A DNA stretch of 64,000 bases, from NCBI GenBank assembly GCA_016618085.1, contig JABLTG010000108.1, positions 1 through 64,000 of the forward strand. The letters are read 5' to 3'. Position numbers and translations under genes: made by a program. Under the pieces are notes generated by a model that saw only the letters and a program-made list of their open reading frames with translations, did no database searches and was not told the origin of the DNA. This document shows positions 59,661-64,000 of the stretch, in pieces (the first letter of the stretch is position 1; every line of letters begins with the position of its first letter). Source of the stretch: Neovahlkampfia damariscottae (taxonomy: Eukaryota).

Positions 59661-62265
59661 TCATTTGTAGTGTTGGATAGTTTTGTAAATAACAATACTT
59701 TTTATCAAACTCATCAAAAATCCTTCAAATAGGACTGAATTTCCTTGAATAAATAATGTGTTGTTTGGTCCTAAACTCAATAACTAAAAATGTTAATTTT
59801 TCAGAAATCAACTGATTACCATTGATCTTGGTGCCAAGATATAATCCACCAATTTCTCACCAGTAATAACCTTTGGAATATTTTGTAACACAATTTGAGC
59901 ATGTTTTTCAGCATTTTGAGCCAATTTCTCTTCAACAACATTAACAACATCTCCAATAGCAAATATATTCTCAAATCCTTCAACTTGCATATTCTTATTT
60001 ACTTTAATGTACCCACGTTCATCAATAATTTCAGGAATTTTTATCAATTTTGAATTTGGTTGAAATCCTATGCAAGCAACAACAACATCAGCTTGAATTT
60101 CATTTTTTGAAGTTTTGATTGTTTTTCCAATTTCTGTAACTTTAGTATTCAAATGAACATCAACATTCAATTTTTGAAAATGTTTCATGATGTATTCATG
60201 TGCATCTGGACAAGCGCGATTCAAATATTTGTCATGTAATGAAATAGTAGCAAATTTCTTATCAGGATATTTAGCAACCAAGGCACCCAAAATTTCAACT
60301 CCAATCGGTCCACTTCCAACAACAAGAATTTTTTCAGCATCAATGAATTTGCTTTCATGATCAACAAAATTGTCAATTGAAAGACCTGAAACAACAGTTG
60401 GTTTGCAATCCTTTTGAATGTTCAAAGAAGCCAAATCATAATAAGATCCAGTTGCAATTACCAAAAACTCAAAATTTGTAATTTCTTTCAAGTTAGACAA
60501 GGTAATAGTTTTTTCTGTGACGGAAACTACTTCTTCATTTATCAATGTAACTCCCTTAAGAAACTGAAGAATGAATGAGAAAAATGGATAATCTTACATT
60601 TTTGAATGGTGATTTAATTTTGTTTAAATCCATATCTCCAATGAATGCTGGAATTGTTGGTTGATTAATGAAGTCTTGGTTTTTAGTGATTAAAGTTACA
60701 TCATACAATGATTTATCCAAGTTTCTTGCCAAATCAACTCCACTAAATCCTCCACCTATAATAACCACAGAGAATTTCTTCCCGAATTGATAATATTGAT
60801 TGTCGTCATTGTAGTGCGAATTTCCAGTAATATAACCAATTTTATGTAATTTCTTTGCAAATTCAAGAGCTTTTTTTCGGATTTCTATTTTGTATTCTTG
60901 TTGTAACCATGAAACAAATTCATAACCAATGAAACTTATAATGTTAAAATTGAAAAAAGAAATCAAACGAAAGTGGGTATGAATAAAATATTCCTCGATT
61001 TTTGATCAATTTTGTTTGTTTTTTTGCATTTTCAATGACTTCATCACAATCCAGCTCAAATGAATTTTCAGTAAGCGAATGAAATCTCTTCAATTGTGGT
61101 GTAATAGGTGATGAAATAGGTGTGATTTTTGAGTTCAAATCAACGTTACTTGTTGATTTTATTTCTGATAAACTCGTTCTTTTAACAATATCTTTCATGA
61201 AATCTTTAATTCTTTCAGTGTCTCCTTTCAATTCTTCAAGAGCATCTTCAGCATCTAAATCCAATAAAATCTTGTAATTTTCTTCACTAATAATTGGACC
61301 TGGTTCTAAAGTAGATCCCATTCTCTTTTAAAAAATGTCAATAGAATTGTCTAAATCACCTTAATAAAGTTAAAAATTGATTTAGAAGTGGATCGTTTTG
61401 AGTAACTGGTGGATATTGACATTTGAACAATTTCTTAAAAACAAATGAATAAATAAGTTAGTTTACCAACAAAAAATGGATTATAACCGTCTAAAAGTTT
61501 TTTGATTAATTGCTGATGGAGTTTTATATTTGTAATATCTGATAGTAGTTGTTCTGGTCTTCTTAATGTCATTATTTCATAAATCATCACTCCAAATGAA
61601 TAAACATCAACTAAATATAATATGTCAATTTTAAAAAATATACCTTTTTCTGTTATATTTAAATGAATTTCAGGTGCAAGATATAAAGGTGTTCCTCCAA
61701 AATCCTCGTCTAATTTTTCATCAGAATTTACAGACAAACCAAAATCAGATAATTTTACTATCAATTCATCATCTTTTTTCATTAACAGAATATTTTGTGG
61801 TTTAACATCTCTAAAAATGAATTTCAAAAAAAAAAAAAAATTATACCTGTGAATTATGTTTAAACTATGAATTTCTTTCAAAGCAGAACAAATCTGCGAA
61901 GTTAAACTCTTCAGTAGAATTGTATCAATAATTTCTAAATTTTGTCTTTTTTGTTGTATCAAATATTCCAGTGTAAAATCACAAATCTCCATAATTATAT
62001 AAATTTCAATTTGTTCGTCATCCGTAAACGGATCAATATTGATGTGTTTCATGAAGTCATAGTATTTTATAATATTTTCATGGTTTAATGATTGAACAAG
62101 CTCTATTTCTTTCATTACTTTTTCAACTTGATTTTCGTCAAACAAACAAAGTTGTTTCACTGCCACTTTCGTGTTTTTTTTCAAGTCCAAAGCTTCATAT
62201 ATAATACCTTCTGTACCATAACCTATTTCCTTCAGTATTTTGTACTTTTCAGTGAATTCTGTCAT
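59661..62265 (-). CDS. Ser/Thr kinase / DEP domain / AIFM2(FSP1)-like FAD-NADH oxidoreductase fusion; about 7 introns
   Basis: Kinase (IGYGTEG, VAVK, HRDVKPQN, DFG, APE) joins through a phase-0 intron (~61325-61359) to MGSTLEP. DEP SFIGYEFVSWL..ALEFAKKLHKIGYI..YYQF; then VVIIGGGFSG, VIATGS, VVGSGPIGVE, IFAIGDV. Confidence 0.75.
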
Positions 62266-62909
62266 TGTGAAAAATAGATGCAAATATTATTGGATGAGAT
62301 TAAAAATACTTCCAATTTATATTTTGGAAGAATTAAAAAATGCTTCAATTGTAGTTTTGAAGATGCAAATGCAACAATAAGTGAACTACCTTGTGAGATT
62401 CGAACATCAAAAATTAAATTTATTTTCAATTTATCAAACATAGATTCCCAAGAAACAACATTTAAATACCATGCAAACCTCAAGTGAAGCGTTGTAGCCA
62501 AAATCAACTGAAAATCTTTGATATTGGTAAAAATATAAATTAATGTTTGTCATATGCATACGAATATTCAAAAGACTTGACTGAATCTCATGAAATGATG
62601 CCATCAATGCTGGATGGATTATCAAAAGTGAGAAAAGTACTTCATGTTAAAATTTTAAAAGGAAGAAACAACAAATTCAGTTCCAGATACAGTTTCAGAG
62701 GAAGCCAAGAAAGAAATCTCAAAATCAAATATCATCTGATCCAACAGCAAGAATAAACATCTTGAGAACAATAATTTATACCCTCTGAATACATGGCAGT
62801 GTGGAAAGTAGTAAAACAACAAAACCAACGATGAAGTGTGAAAATTTGGAAAAAACAAAAAAAACACAATCTCTTTTAAAATCGGGATGACATTCCAATA
62901 AAACACAAT

Positions 62910-64000
62910 TTAAGCATATTTATTCATAAATTCATTGTGGAATTTTTCAATTCTATTGCAAAATTCAAGAATTTCATCTTCTGGAGGCAAGAAAGTTGTT
63001 CTAAAATGATAAGTACCACTTTTTTGTTCAAAACCAGATCCAGGAACAACAACAATACCAGTTGCTTTAAGTAATTCCATACAATAGAATAAATCTGGAG
63101 CAATATTTTTCTCTTTTGCGAGTTCAATTACTTTTTTAGGTAATTCAACTTTTGGAAATGCGTACATTGCCCCACTAACTTCAGAACATGAAACACCTTC
63201 AAGTTTTTGTAATTTTTCAACTAAAATCTTTGCTCTTTTTTTCAATGAAACAAGAATATCATCTCTTTCTTTTTTGTATTGTTCATATGATTCATCTCCT
63301 TCTTTTGGTGGATTGACTTTCAAATCCATCAAAATTTGAGCATCTACATTGGAACAAAGTGAAACAGATGCAATTTTATAAAGTTGATCAACAACAGCTT
63401 CATCAACTGAATTACTAATTTCCATATAACCACCTCTTCTACCACCTGTTTTGGAAATCTTAGAAATATCTCATTTTTCACTTACATTCACCTAAAAATC
63501 CTTTTGAGAGAGTATGGTATGAAAATAATTCTAAATTTTTCTCTGTTGAATATTTTGATCCCATATCATTTGCAGCTTTTTTAAATGAAACAAATGGCTG
63601 TTCTCCATAAATATTCTCTTGATAAACTTCCTGGAAAAAACTTTAAAACTCAATTTTTTGTTTACATCAGCGAGTAAAATGATTCCCTTTTCAACACAAA
63701 ATTGAATAATTTCTTGTTGATTTTCAACAGTCAAAATTTGTCCTGTTGGATTTCCAGGGTTGATGACAGCCAAAGCTCTAACATTTTTTCCTTTTTTGAT
63801 AGCTTCTTCATAAGCACTTTGAATAGATGACAATGGAGTGGACCAATTTTCTTCTTCATTTAAATAATAACCAGAATAAGAACCACCTAACAAAGTAATA
63901 GAAGCTGAATACAATGGATATTGTGGAATTGGAATAAGAATCTAAAAAATCAACAAAAATCAAATTTCAACTTACACAATCATTTTCATCTCTAATGACT
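62910..64000 (-). CDS. ALT: Alanine aminotransferase, 3' part (5' end outside the window)
   Basis: IPIPQYPLYSA, VINPGNPTGQ, LLAD(E)VYQ, spliced SYHTLSKGFLGECG(G)RRGGY, GAMYAFP, GIVVVPGSGF, HFRTTFLP. Confidence 0.92.

Noticed and set aside
62262..62906. Cluster of 60-80-aa ORFs between the kinase and ALT genes
   Set aside because: They could not be spliced into a convincing protein and show no motifs.
1..64000. CRISPR array, rRNA, prokaryotic operons, recognisable transposase/RT/Fanzor
   Set aside because: No regularly spaced direct repeats, rRNA-like segment or DDE/RT/RuvC motifs were seen, and the gene structure is spliceosomal.
4094..64000. Alternative genetic code (stop-codon reassignment)
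   Set aside because: Conserved genes are restored by GT-AG splicing alone. TAA and TGA end genes at expected C-termini, and Trp is encoded by TGG.

Overview
AT-rich, very compact eukaryotic nuclear DNA. The standard genetic code fits, GT-AG introns are tiny (mostly 27-44 nt), intergenic spacers are short, and a CCAAT/ATTGG motif lies just upstream of most start codons. The actin sequence, giant EGF-repeat membrane protein and cpRAS point to a heterolobosean (Naegleria-like) protist, but that is inference. About 30 genes can be rebuilt by splicing the ORF track by hand. These include RTCA, RECQL4-like, NCA2-like, MAP2K, PTEN, SNM1/PSO2, SDE2, tRNA-Ala(UGC), a ~5,300-aa EGF/IPT/multi-TM protein, a catalytically dead E2, formin, Pcc1 (absent from the ORF track), ADF/cofilin, cpRAS, actin, lipase and ALT. 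Four things stand out. (1) The first ~4 kb is an intron-free block of virus-like ORFs punctuated by a family of ~100-bp inverted-repeat elements and a crossed inverted-repeat (pseudoknot-like) structure, a candidate endogenous Polinton-like virus/virophage or cassette element. (2) There are unusual signalling fusions: Kelch-F-box-Rac(Q61P)-CAAX, kinase-F-box-propeller-CAAX and kinase-DEP-AIFM2-like oxidoreductase. (3) A secreted K/V/Y/P-rich protein has a two-half repeat pattern that suggests a very long beta-ribbon. (4) Splicing oddities include a 5-nt microexon, a probable recursive (AG|GT) intron and many stopless 3n introns. No database searches were run; all family calls are from motif recognition.
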